DNA of 47,025 nt. Origin: a virus. Lineage: Duplodnaviria > Caudoviricetes. Positions 27,938 through 37,118 of the stretch are shown piece after piece. Position numbers and translations under genes: made by a program. The first letter of the stretch is position 1. Each line of letters begins with the position of its first letter. The stretch covers positions 1 to 47,025 of the IMG/VR virus record IMGVR_UViG_3300030376_003142. One strand, written 5' to 3'. Below the pieces are notes generated by a model. The model ran no database searches and was not told where the DNA came from. It saw only the letters and a program-made list of their open reading frames with translations.

Positions 27938-30900
27938 ATGTCTAGAGCTAGAGAACTGGCCAAGGTTGGTGGAAAGAATCAGCAAATTATTGCAGGGCTT
28001 TCATCACACGTTGGAGTATCAACATTCGCAGATAATGTCTTTATGTACAGTAACTTGGAGGTTACTGGTACAACAGCATTTAACGGTGGAACATTAACAT
28101 TAGGAGATAACGCTTCAGATAACGTTGTCTTTGGTGCAGACGTAAATTCACATATCATACCAAATACAGATGATACCTACGATTTAGGTTCATCAACACA
28201 AGAGTGGAGAAATCTTTATATAGATGGAACTGCTAATATAGACACAGGTGTTGTTGGAACAATGTCTGTAGGAGATCTGACAGACAATAGAGTAGTTATT
28301 GCAGGTACATCTGGAGAATTAGAGGACAGTGCTTCCCTCACATTCGATGGTACAACACTTGCGACTACTAATGCAACATTTAGTGGTAACGTTGATCTAG
28401 GTAACGCAACTTCGGATACAATTACCGCAACTGCTAGGTTCGATAGTGACTTAGTTCCTAGTACGGACAATGCAAGAGACTTAGGTGCGTCTGGATTAGA
28501 GTGGAAAGACTTATATCTTGATGGTACTGCTAACATTGACGCATTATCTGCTGATAGTGCGACACTTGCTACTGCTGCTGTTTCAGACTTAACAGATGGA
28601 AGAGTTGTTCTTGCAGGTACATCTGGAGAATTAGAAGACAGTGGTAACCTAACCTTTGATGGTTCAACTCTTACTGTTACTGGTGCATTAGCAGTCAGTG
28701 GACAAGTAGATTGGAACGGTGACATCAATTTAGGTAATGCAACAGGTGATACTGTTACTCTTGTAGGTAGATTTGATAGTGATCTGGATCCTTCAGCAGA
28801 TAACACTTATGACTTAGGTGGATCTGGATTAGAGTGGAAAGATATTTACATAGATGGTACTGCTTATCTTGATACAGCACAAATAAACCAATTAAATGCT
28901 CATGGCAATGGTTTTGTATCTGCTGGTTCAAGTATTATACCAGACACAGATGATACCTATGACCTAGGTTCTAGTGATAAGATGTGGAGAGATGTCTGGA
29001 TTGGACCAGGATCCCTTTACGTCAACGGTCAGAAAGTTATTGAGGAGTCATCATCTAACATTGTTGTTAGTGCTGATGCTAACCAGAACGTTGTTCTTCA
29101 AACACATGGTTCAGGTGACTTAGAACTTGACCCAACTGGTACTGGTGTTATTCAGGTCAAGGGTACATTACAGGTAGAAGATGGAAAGAGTATAACAAAT
29201 AGTGCAGGTAATGATATTACTTTAGGTAATAATCTAAGAGTAGATCAGATTACTACTCAAAGTAATAACACTAACCTAAACCTATCTGGTAGAGGAAGTG
29301 GTAACGTAACTGTCAACGATACTCTTGCAATTACAGGTGACCTAAGTGTAACTGGTGGATCAATATCCATTGGAACCAATGGTATTACTGCTACCACGAT
29401 CAATGCTACTGGTGTTGCAACTGCTACTCAGTTCGTTGGTGCTGTTGTTGGATCAACAATCTCAGCAAGTAGTAACGTTGACTTCAACGGAGATTTAGAC
29501 GTTGATGGTACAACAAACCTAGATGTCGTTGACATTGATGGTGCTGTTGACATGGCATCTAATTTAGTCATAGCAGGTAACATTGATGCTAATGGAGACC
29601 TAGATGTAGATGGCACTACAAACTTAGATGTCGTTGACATAGATGGTGCTGTTGATATGGCGACCACCTTGACATTGGGAGGTAACGCTGACTTCAACGG
29701 AGACCTAGATGTAGATGGTACTACAAACTTAGATGTTGTTGACATTGACGGTGCTGTTGATATGGCATCATCATTGACAGTTGATGGAACCGTTACTTTG
29801 AATACTGCACTTGCAAGTAGTAACTTAGCAACCTCTGGTGTATCAGCAGGTACAGTTGGTTCATCAACTGCAATTCCAATAATAACCGTCAATGACAAAG
29901 GTCTGATAACAAATACTTCAACTACAGCAGTTGATAGTACAACCATTGAGAATGGAAGTGCTTCGGTTGCAGTAGCAAGTAACGGACCAATCACATCTAC
30001 TGGAAATCATGACTTCACAGCAGGGATTGATGTTACAGGAAACTCAACCTTTGCTAACAACGTTACCATAACAGGTTCTGTTGATGCTAACGGTGGTGCA
30101 TCTATCGATAACGTTCAGGTTGGTGTAAGTAACGACAATGAGATCGATACTTCATCTGGAAACCTCGTTCTAGACTCAGCAGGTGGTACGACAACTGTTG
30201 ATGACAACTTGATTGTTAGTGGAAACTTGACTGTAAATGGTACAACCAATACAGTTAATTCTACCACAGTTACTATCGCTGACAAAAACTTCCAAGTTGC
30301 TACTGGATCTGCTGATGACTCGGTTGCTGATGGAGGTGGTTTAACCGTTGACTCAGGTGACGGTGATAAAACATGGAACTTTGAGGCAACAGGTGATAAC
30401 TGGGGATCCTCAGAAAATATAAACCTTGCATCAGGTAAGGTATTGAAGGTCAATAACACTCAGATACTTAGTGCTACTACACTAGGTTCATCTGTTGTAG
30501 CATCTTCACTAACAAGTGTAGGTACTATTGCTTCAGGTACTTGGAATGGTTCAGCAATAACAAATACTTACTTGCAAAATAGTTCAGTATCTTATGGTGG
30601 TGTAGCACTATCATTAGGTACAACTGATGCTACTCCAGCATTTGACTTGAGCGATGCTACTAACTATCCTACTTCAAGTTTGAGTGGTACTATAACCAAT
30701 GCTCAACTTGCAGGTTCAATAGCAAATGGTAAGTTATCAAACAGTTCAGTATCTTATGGTGGTGTATCACTATCATTAGGTGGATCTGACGGCACTCCAG
30801 CATTTGACTTGAGTGATGCTACCAATTATCCTACAAGTAGTCTAAGTGGTACTATAACTAACGCTCAACTTGCAGGTTCTATTGCAAGTAGTAAGTTAGC

Positions 30901-31819
30901 ATCAACTGGTGTATCTGCAGGTACAGTTGGATCTTCAACTGCAATTCCTATCATAACTGTCAACGCACAGGGTCAGATAACAACCACAAGCACCACAGCA
31001 ATTGATAGTACAACAATCTCAAACGGTGGTGGATCAGTTGCAGTAGGTAGTGGTGGAGGTGTCACAGTTACAGGTGACACTACTTTCGTAAATCATGCAT
31101 CTTTTGGTGATGATGATGAAATAAGATTTGGTGCTGGTACTGATGGAACAATCTATTCGGATGGTGATAACTTCTTGATGCAAGGATCTGGTACGACATA
31201 CCTAAGAGGTAGCACTATTAATATTGGTGCTAATGGAGGTAGTGGTGGTTTTTCAGATGCCTTAGTTGTAGATAAGTCTGGTAGTGAGAGAGTTCAACTA
31301 AGATGGGGGAGTAGTCAGCGTTTAGTCACTACTTCTGCAGGTGTAACAGTAACTGGTAACATAGCTGTTACAGGAACAGTGGACGGTAGAGACGTAGCAT
31401 CCGATGGTTCAAAATTGGATGGAATAGAGAGTGCGGCTACCGCAGATCAGACAGCATCAGAAATCTTGACACTTATCAAGACAGTTGATGGTGCAGGTTC
31501 TGGACTTGATGCTGATACTTTAGATGGTATTAGTTCTGCATCTTTCTTAAGATCAGATACTTCTGATACATTCAGTGGTACATTGACTGTATCTGGTAAC
31601 ATATTACCTAATGCTAACGGTACCAGAGATCTTGGTGCATCTGGCACCAGATGGGCAAACGTTTACAGTTCTGACCTTGACCTCAGTAATGAGGCAAAAG
31701 GTGGTAACACCGTAGACGGTACCTGGGGTTCTTACCTAATAGAAGAGGGTGAGGACAATCTATACTTAACTAATAGAAGAAGCGGTAAGAAATTCCGTTT
31801 CGTTCTAGAAGCAGTATAG
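27938..31819 (+). CDS. Long tail fibre protein with several internal repeat families
   Basis: MSRARELA N-terminus; IIP.TDDTYDLGS...W..LY repeats; SGLDADTLDG; shares its C-terminal domain with 25043..26944. Confidence 0.88.
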   Translation: MSRARELAKVGGKNQQIIAGLSSHVGVSTFADNVFMYSNLEVTGTTAFNGGTLTLGDNASDNVVFGADVNSHIIPNTDDTYDLGSSTQEWRNLYIDGTANIDTGVVGTMSVGDLTDNRVVIAGTSGELEDSASLTFDGTTLATTNATFSGNVDLGNATSDTITATARFDSDLVPSTDNARDLGASGLEWKDLYLDGTANIDALSADSATLATAAVSDLTDGRVVLAGTSGELEDSGNLTFDGSTLTVTGALAVSGQVDWNGDINLGNATGDTVTLVGRFDSDLDPSADNTYDLGGSGLEWKDIYIDGTAYLDTAQINQLNAHGNGFVSAGSSIIPDTDDTYDLGSSDKMWRDVWIGPGSLYVNGQKVIEESSSNIVVSADANQNVVLQTHGSGDLELDPTGTGVIQVKGTLQVEDGKSITNSAGNDITLGNNLRVDQITTQSNNTNLNLSGRGSGNVTVNDTLAITGDLSVTGGSISIGTNGITATTINATGVATATQFVGAVVGSTISASSNVDFNGDLDVDGTTNLDVVDIDGAVDMASNLVIAGNIDANGDLDVDGTTNLDVVDIDGAVDMATTLTLGGNADFNGDLDVDGTTNLDVVDIDGAVDMASSLTVDGTVTLNTALASSNLATSGVSAGTVGSSTAIPIITVNDKGLITNTSTTAVDSTTIENGSASVAVASNGPITSTGNHDFTAGIDVTGNSTFANNVTITGSVDANGGASIDNVQVGVSNDNEIDTSSGNLVLDSAGGTTTVDDNLIVSGNLTVNGTTNTVNSTTVTIADKNFQVATGSADDSVADGGGLTVDSGDGDKTWNFEATGDNWGSSENINLASGKVLKVNNTQILSATTLGSSVVASSLTSVGTIASGTWNGSAITNTYLQNSSVSYGGVALSLGTTDATPAFDLSDATNYPTSSLSGTITNAQLAGSIANGKLSNSSVSYGGVSLSLGGSDGTPAFDLSDATNYPTSSLSGTITNAQLAGSIASSKLASTGVSAGTVGSSTAIPIITVNAQGQITTTSTTAIDSTTISNGGGSVAVGSGGGVTVTGDTTFVNHASFGDDDEIRFGAGTDGTIYSDGDNFLMQGSGTTYLRGSTINIGANGGSGGFSDALVVDKSGSERVQLRWGSSQRLVTTSAGVTVTGNIAVTGTVDGRDVASDGSKLDGIESAATADQTASEILTLIKTVDGAGSGLDADTLDGISSASFLRSDTSDTFSGTLTVSGNILPNANGTRDLGASGTRWANVYSSDLDLSNEAKGGNTVDGTWGSYLIEEGEDNLYLTNRRSGKKFRFVLEAV
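29480..29770 (+). repeat. Three tandem 105-nt (35-aa) coding repeats
   Basis: NGDLDVDGTTNLDVVDIDGAVDMA occurs three times, identical in protein with synonymous DNA differences. Confidence 0.9.
30578..30890 (+). repeat. Two tandem 162-nt (54-aa) coding repeats
   Basis: NSSVSYGGV.LSLG..D.TPAFDLSDATNYPTSSLSGTITNAQLAGSIA occurs twice (starts 30578 and 30740). Confidence 0.9.
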
Positions 31820-31878
31820 CATACATATTATTACACTAAACCCTTAACTATCTTAGTTATGAGGTCTGATAAAATCTA

Positions 31879-31886
31879 CATAAATA
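31879..31886 (+). promoter_or_regulatory. T4-type late promoter
   Basis: CATAAATA followed by AGGAGA before the ATG at 31910. Confidence 0.55.
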
Positions 31887-31909
31887 ACTAAGATAGGAGA
31901 AGAGATTCA

Positions 31910-32719
31910 ATGGCTCTATACGGTACAGGTTCTAACGTAAACCAAACTACCGATGTCAGTGCAGGTAATTACGGTAGTTCAACTGCAATTCCCGTAATCA
32001 CTGTTGATTCAGATAAAAGAATAAGTGCAATAAACACGACTTCAATTACTCTGGACGCATCCATCAACTCTAATGCGAGTGTTGGTGACGTTGGTACATA
32101 TGCGTTCTTGCAACAATCAGGAACAGAGAACTCAGCATCAAACGCTGGTTCAACCTTAGCAGGTTCTAGTTTAAGATACTCAGATGCTACTGGTAGATCC
32201 AGTGGTACACCTTCAGGTAACTGGAGATTGATGGGTTATGACTCTGGTGCTGCATTGGTCAACTCAGGATCAGGTTCTGGTTCAGGTTCTGGTTCAGGTA
32301 ACGTTACTGCTAACCCAAGTGGTAACTTGTCATTGAGTTCAGGTAATATTCAGGGTAACACCTCACTTGCTTCAGGTAACATCCATGGTAACTTGAGTGG
32401 TAACTTGAGTGGTGGTAACGTTCAAGGTAATACTAACGTAAACGTTGCAGGTAACATTCAAGGTGGTAAAGGTGGATCATATAACGTAAACCGAGGTGTT
32501 CCTACTGACCATTTGGGAGTTGGTGGTTCTGTAAACGTTGGTGGAGAAAACGTTGGTGTTGGTGGTAACGTTGCTACTGACCATTTGTCAGTTGCAGGTA
32601 ACATTCCAACAGATAACCTATCAATCAGTGGTACTGCTTCCGTAAACGTGACAGTGAACTCAGTTACAGTTAATACAACTGTGGCATACAGTTCATCTTT
32701 ATGGTTACGCTATTCATAA
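31910..32719 (+). CDS. Tail fibre tip/adhesin-like protein
   Basis: VGDVGTYAFL...AGSSLRYS...SGNWRLMG...SLWLRYS fibre-tip motif with a Gly/Asn-rich insert; N-terminal YGSSTAIPVITVD shared with the upstream fibre. Confidence 0.7.
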   Translation: MALYGTGSNVNQTTDVSAGNYGSSTAIPVITVDSDKRISAINTTSITLDASINSNASVGDVGTYAFLQQSGTENSASNAGSTLAGSSLRYSDATGRSSGTPSGNWRLMGYDSGAALVNSGSGSGSGSGSGNVTANPSGNLSLSSGNIQGNTSLASGNIHGNLSGNLSGGNVQGNTNVNVAGNIQGGKGGSYNVNRGVPTDHLGVGGSVNVGGENVGVGGNVATDHLSVAGNIPTDNLSISGTASVNVTVNSVTVNTTVAYSSSLWLRYS

Positions 32720-32734
32720 CGGAGGAAACAAACA

Positions 32735-33139
32735 ATGGCAACTAATTACGAAATCGCTGCTGCTAGGAATCCTAAGTGGGCAAATCCTGAGAAGAATATG
32801 ATCGACCTTGAGGTTGATTTTGCTCCTCTTGATGAACAGTGGTTACCATATACATGTTCACCAACTGATGTTGTAGAACATTCAAGAACATTATACACTA
32901 AGGCAGTCAACGGTGACTATGGCACTGTTGCTGACTATAATCATCATACATTATGGACACCATACTATACTGACTCAATCGAGGTATCGACTGAAGGTTT
33001 AGTACAGTTACTACTAGAGAAAGGTGTTATAACTGATGATGAAGTTGATGCTATTCTAATAGAGAAGACAGAACATGTTGGATATTATAGAACAACAACT
33101 GATGGTGTAGATAAGCAATGGGGTGGAGGAATGGCATAA
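32735..33139 (+). CDS. Tail fibre assembly chaperone-like protein
   Basis: ARNPKW......IDLEVDF......LPYTCSP.D..EHSR.LY..A..GDYG.VADY. Confidence 0.7.
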   Translation: MATNYEIAAARNPKWANPEKNMIDLEVDFAPLDEQWLPYTCSPTDVVEHSRTLYTKAVNGDYGTVADYNHHTLWTPYYTDSIEVSTEGLVQLLLEKGVITDDEVDAILIEKTEHVGYYRTTTDGVDKQWGGGMA

Positions 33140-33157
33140 AGCATCCTCTTCTTTATT

Positions 33158-34141
33158 ATGGCACAACAATCTGATAAATGGCATCACAGCATGTGTAGGT
33201 ATTTGGGGTTATCCTCAGATACCTCTTTTTTGTTTGGTATAATACCAGGAGTATGTCGAGAAGCTATTGGTCGTTATGACCACATGTACACTAAACGTGA
33301 ATGTTTCGATAGTGACAAGACTTATGTTTGGTCAGAACACCATGCTAACAAGATAAACAATGGAAGATTTAGTAATCAAACTGCTTATTACGGCACTTGT
33401 CCATTTTTGTGGGATCTCGGACGAGTCGCTTCCCAAGGAGTGTCTACTCCTGAGGGAAGTTTGTTCTTCTTACCAAGAGACGATCAAGTTACAATAAGAG
33501 AGGATGAATACGAGTCAGTCCAGCAGGTAATTGATGCAGCACCAGCACCAATTACATTTTTTCTTCCTTGGCGTTCGTGTGATATATGGAAGAACTGGGA
33601 TAAACTGAAATTACCTGCTGGTAGTAAGTTTATCCAGATGAATGATCCTGTAACAAGACAGTTTATATTATCAAAAGCATTCCTGGAGCACCAGCACATC
33701 TACATTCCTTGGCCAGGTACAGACATTTACTATGCAGAGTTTCTTAGTAAGACTGTGCATGTTTATGATAAGATAGAGCAGTATAGAACTAAGAAAAGAG
33801 ATGAGATGGAACGGGAGTCTTCCCTGGTCCTGAACTATTTGAAGTGGGGATATGATTATTTGAATGATAACCAGAAAGAGTTCTTTCGGTGGACTAGGGA
33901 CTGGATGCTTATAGGTGAAGATGTAAGACGTTATCTTACTATAAAAATGCTAGGACTTGATGTACTCAAGAGCCCAGCACAGTTATATGAAGATCTAATT
34001 GATAAAGGTTTTTTAGAATATAATCAAAAGTTCGTCTATGATCCTGAGTATCAACGTGCTTATGAGTGGTTAGTAACTAAGACTCAGGAAAAAAGTCCTT
34101 ATCGTTCACACCACGATCATCAACGTATATTGCTGCTCTAG
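33158..34141 (+). CDS. Hypothetical protein (possibly polysaccharide/glycosyltransferase related)
   Basis: 327-aa ORF converging on the sugar-metabolism genes; no motif firmly recognised. Confidence 0.6.
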   Translation: MAQQSDKWHHSMCRYLGLSSDTSFLFGIIPGVCREAIGRYDHMYTKRECFDSDKTYVWSEHHANKINNGRFSNQTAYYGTCPFLWDLGRVASQGVSTPEGSLFFLPRDDQVTIREDEYESVQQVIDAAPAPITFFLPWRSCDIWKNWDKLKLPAGSKFIQMNDPVTRQFILSKAFLEHQHIYIPWPGTDIYYAEFLSKTVHVYDKIEQYRTKKRDEMERESSLVLNYLKWGYDYLNDNQKEFFRWTRDWMLIGEDVRRYLTIKMLGLDVLKSPAQLYEDLIDKGFLEYNQKFVYDPEYQRAYEWLVTKTQEKSPYRSHHDHQRILLL

Positions 34142-34493
34142 GTTTACCAAAGAACAGAGCATGGTACTTCACACCCCATTTTTTCAGTTGTGCTTCTGTT
34201 CGTTCTCTACAATACTTATCTGCTTCGTTTTGTGCTGATGTTATATCATTTCCGTGCATTGCTGTGCTGCGAATGAATCCTCGTGCTGTTGCAAGGTATA
34301 TTGTAGCACCTTCATCGTATAACTCGTTTACATATTCTATACGTTTAGGTCTAGGAACTGCTTCCCATGGTGTACCTTCGTGTGGTTCAGTTAGTGTTCC
34401 ATCTATATCAATACAATAGATGTCCTTACGGTGTTCAGTGACATCATCATATTTTTCAACTAGAGGTGGAATTTTGTCTGTATTCGAGTTCAT
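34077..34493 (-). CDS. HAD-family phosphatase (capsule-biosynthesis type)
   Basis: YCIDIDGTL...TIYLATARG...T..QLKKWGVKYH.L.FGKP.A.IYVDD. Confidence 0.85.
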   Translation of the reverse strand: MNSNTDKIPPLVEKYDDVTEHRKDIYCIDIDGTLTEPHEGTPWEAVPRPKRIEYVNELYDEGATIYLATARGFIRSTAMHGNDITSAQNEADKYCRERTEAQLKKWGVKYHALFFGKPRAAIYVDDRGVNDKDFFPES

Positions 34494-34710
34494 TTTGAAG
34501 ATAGTGAATTGCTTTTTTTAGGTCAGCGATGTCGTCATCCTTATGACCTGCACGACAGACATATTTTACTACGTTGCCGAGATGGAAATCTAGTCCTTGA
34601 TCTCTTATGAAATCCCATACTTGTATCTTACCACGTTTATAATATTGTGGTCCGATGTCATTTGATGTTTTACTTCGTTTTGTTGGCAAGAGGTTCAGTG
34701 AGGTAGTCAT
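34456..34710 (-). CDS. DUF3310-like phage protein
   Basis: P.YY.RGKIQVWDFI..QGLDFHLGNVVKYVCRAGHK....DLKKA.HYL. Confidence 0.85.
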   Translation of the reverse strand: MTTSLNLLPTKRSKTSNDIGPQYYKRGKIQVWDFIRDQGLDFHLGNVVKYVCRAGHKDDDIADLKKAIHYLQNELEYRQNSTSS

Positions 34711-34942
34711 GGGTGTGATTGTTCATTCCAGTACAGGTACACGATTCAACTATCCTTTGAGGATTGTTGTTTCTAAATTGTGACTTATCACAATTAGGTG
34801 TGTACTTTGATATGTGACTCCATTCTGCATTGTATTTACATGCTCTGTAAATGACCTTCTCACAATGGAATCCATGGTCAGATACTTTATGAGCATGAAC
34901 TGGTATTGGTGTTAGTGCTAACACTAACAAGAGAAGTTTCAT
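34670..34942 (-). CDS. Hypothetical protein with signal-peptide-like N-terminus
   Basis: MKLLLLVLALTPIPVHA followed by a Cys/His-rich region; coupled to its neighbours. Confidence 0.5.
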   Translation of the reverse strand: MKLLLLVLALTPIPVHAHKVSDHGFHCEKVIYRACKYNAEWSHISKYTPNCDKSQFRNNNPQRIVESCTCTGMNNHTHDYLTEPLANKTK

Positions 34943-35391
34943 GGCAATTTGGGGAGTTCAACTCCATTATAGTGCATGAGCATATAGATTGTCCATAATG
35001 CTCGTATTTCAAATTCATGGTAATATTCGTCATCAATTACAATAGTAGGTAAATATTCGTCTTGACTTGGTGCTATAAGTAAAACCTTCGTGTTTATTTG
35101 TTCTAATACTTTTACTAGGTGTGAGTTCGTTCTGCATGTAATAGCAATAATAAGATCAGCAGTATGCTCGGCATAATCTATCCATGGTTCCTTCCAATCG
35201 TGGTCACCACCTAATGCTGTTAGGTTTACACTATCAGGTGCAAAGCAGAATTTATCAGTATGACGGTATATGTCACTTGCCATGTGTTGAGCAATAGCAA
35301 GATTACCACCAGTACCTATGAGTGCTATTTTGTTTGCTGCTGCAAACAATTTCACTCCTTCTTCAAATCCTATTGGTTCTGTAAAGACCAT
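34939..35391 (-). CDS. SIS-domain phosphosugar isomerase (GmhA-like)
   Basis: KIALIGTGGNLAIAQHMASD resembles GmhA GNGGSAADAQH; LTALGGD; DLIIAIT; HEFE. Confidence 0.7.
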   Translation of the reverse strand: MVFTEPIGFEEGVKLFAAANKIALIGTGGNLAIAQHMASDIYRHTDKFCFAPDSVNLTALGGDHDWKEPWIDYAEHTADLIIAITCRTNSHLVKVLEQINTKVLLIAPSQDEYLPTIVIDDEYYHEFEIRALWTIYMLMHYNGVELPKLP

Positions 35392-36080
35392 TCTACTTCT
35401 TTTATGTGATGCAGTCTATCAACTGCTCTTATTTTACCACACTTTAGATCGTATGGCATTACATCATATTTACCACAGAAACCTATTGTATCTAATCCCT
35501 TCCAATACTTTACAAATGTCATGTCAAGATTAGGAAAGTCTCTTATTGCTTTTATTGAGTACAAATACAATCCTAATTGAACAGTTATATTATTACATAT
35601 TACGTCAGGTTTACGTTGCATGTGAACAACCTTCCCATTATTTTCAATCATCTTCACTACATCATCATCCTCAATTTCACCATCCTCTAATTTTCTTGAA
35701 CTCTGCACCACATCATATTCATTGTCAATTCCATACTCAATCATTTGGTCTATCCACTCAGGTTTGGTGAGTGGTTCATCACCCTGTAAATTGAATATGT
35801 AATCTGATTTCATATATTGTGACACCTCTGCAACTCTATGAGTACAGGTGTAGTGTTCACTTGTGATGTATGCAGGGATACCATTAGAGTCTGCTAATTT
35901 AGCAATAGAATCATCTGGAGTGGCAACCATTACCATGTCAAGGTGTTTGGACTCTTTTGCTATATCAGCAACCCTAAGAACCATTTCTCGACCATTGATC
36001 TTAGCAAGAGGTTTGTTTGGAAACCTACTAGAAGACAATCTTGATGGAATGATACATGTGACAATTTTATTTTTGTACAT
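35370..36080 (-). CDS. kdsB: CMP-KDO synthetase-like cytidylyltransferase
   Basis: IIPSRLSSSRFPNKPLAKING..MV.RV...VATPD..I...T...H...T.RVAEV...NLQGDEP...VKM...GLYLY...AVD. Confidence 0.85.
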   Translation of the reverse strand: MYKNKIVTCIIPSRLSSSRFPNKPLAKINGREMVLRVADIAKESKHLDMVMVATPDDSIAKLADSNGIPAYITSEHYTCTHRVAEVSQYMKSDYIFNLQGDEPLTKPEWIDQMIEYGIDNEYDVVQSSRKLEDGEIEDDDVVKMIENNGKVVHMQRKPDVICNNITVQLGLYLYSIKAIRDFPNLDMTFVKYWKGLDTIGFCGKYDVMPYDLKCGKIRAVDRLHHIKEVEWSLQNQ

Positions 36081-36091
36081 ATCATAAATTA

Positions 36092-36111
36092 TGGTATAAT
36101 ATATTATAGCA
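36092..36111. promoter_or_regulatory. Overlapping divergent extended -10 promoters
   Basis: Palindrome TATAATATATTATA (36095-36108); TGGTATAAT on plus and TGCTATAAT on minus. Confidence 0.65.
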
Positions 36112-36623
36112 TGACCATTCTTTCAGACAAGAACACCAAAACTCTTTGGCACATGGCATTTACGATACCTGACATTGAGGAAGGTATCAGATGGTATTGT
36201 GACATATTAGGATGCTTGTTCTGTCAGAGGTTTGCTATAAATGTTGAGGATGGTAGTCACAACTTAGGATTTATATTCTCACTAGCAGGTCACCATATCA
36301 GTGTCTTGCAAGGAGAAACTTCAATCCCTCAACCTAACTCAAGGTTACCTAGACATAATGGTTTAGTATTCCTTGATAAGGAAGAGTATTTTGAAGTTGT
36401 GAACCATTGTATAAGTCATCAAGAGATCAATGTAATTGACTCTAAATACAATTTTCTAATCCCTAAAAAGATTAGACCAGAGGAAGCACACCTTCATGGA
36501 CAAAATGTAAGGTGTCATAGAACTACTATCAAAGATCCATGGGATAATTGGATAGAGTTCAAATACTACTCGTATCCTGATGAGATACATGCCCAGAAAC
36601 TAGATCAAATTAGGAGACACTGA
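36111..36623 (+). CDS. VOC/glyoxalase-family protein
   Basis: WHMAF.IPDIEEG.RWY.DILGC...F.L.GH...PRHNGLVF...GQ......IKDPWDNWIEFK. Confidence 0.8.
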   Translation: MTILSDKNTKTLWHMAFTIPDIEEGIRWYCDILGCLFCQRFAINVEDGSHNLGFIFSLAGHHISVLQGETSIPQPNSRLPRHNGLVFLDKEEYFEVVNHCISHQEINVIDSKYNFLIPKKIRPEEAHLHGQNVRCHRTTIKDPWDNWIEFKYYSYPDEIHAQKLDQIRRH

Positions 36624-37036
36624 TGCCTGTAACTCGACAACTTCCTGAGAATTATGGTAATGACTATAAAAGTCAATGGAAGGGTGGAGATTTCAAAGTT
36701 GGGGATCCTGTTGAATTTGGGTTTGGTGACCCTGACTATGGTATTATATCCTTTGAGTCAGGAGAACACATGACTGTGTGTACAGGTTGTGGAACTGGCA
36801 CAAGTGAACTTCCTCATAGGGATATAAATGTGGTAGTATCGTCAGTAGTGCCTGTAAGGAGATTAGAACCCCATGAATACACCAAATTGGATGCACAACT
36901 CAGGAAAGGATGCAAAGCGAACCTTGAAACCCCAAAAGTTGAGGCAAGCGAAGAAGGCAAGAAACATGTTTCTCACACGCTTGAAAAGAGAATCTCAGGA
37001 ATCCTCGACTACTCACCAGAAGTCAAAACATACTGA
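36623..37036 (+). CDS. Hypothetical protein (SH3-like N-terminal half)
   Basis: AGGAG ribosome-binding site; TGATG coupling; FKVGDPVEF...GIISF...MTVC. Confidence 0.55.
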   Translation: MPVTRQLPENYGNDYKSQWKGGDFKVGDPVEFGFGDPDYGIISFESGEHMTVCTGCGTGTSELPHRDINVVVSSVVPVRRLEPHEYTKLDAQLRKGCKANLETPKVEASEEGKKHVSHTLEKRISGILDYSPEVKTY

Positions 37037-37118
37037 CCAGTTGAATAAGTGGCACAATCGCTCTTCACAGGGCGATTTTTTTATGTATAATAAGGATATA
37101 CAAACGAGATTAGCATGA
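36873..37118 (+). CDS. Small basic cyanophage hypothetical protein overlapping the previous ORF
   Basis: AAGGAG upstream; MNTPNWMHNSGK..KR.LKPQ.LR.AK resembles a recurrent cyanophage small protein (from recall). Confidence 0.55.
   Translation: MNTPNWMHNSGKDAKRTLKPQKLRQAKKARNMFLTRLKRESQESSTTHQKSKHTDQLNKWHNRSSQGDFFMYNKDIQTRLA
37035..37091 (+). promoter_or_regulatory. Early-promoter element, copy 1
   Basis: GACCAGTTGAATAAGTGGCACA, hairpin AATCGCTC/GGGCGATT, TATAAT at 37086. Confidence 0.75.

Noticed and set aside
29480-30890. Fibre repeats as DGR template/variable repeats
   Set aside because: Differences are synonymous and not adenine-specific, the repeats are in-frame tandem copies, and there is no reverse transcriptase in the window
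25894-31647. Long antisense ORFs (e.g. 28216..28806, 29428..29994, 25894..26235)
   Set aside because: Shadow frames of Gly/Thr/Ser-rich fibre genes caused by codon bias; no ribosome-binding sites or recognisable motifs
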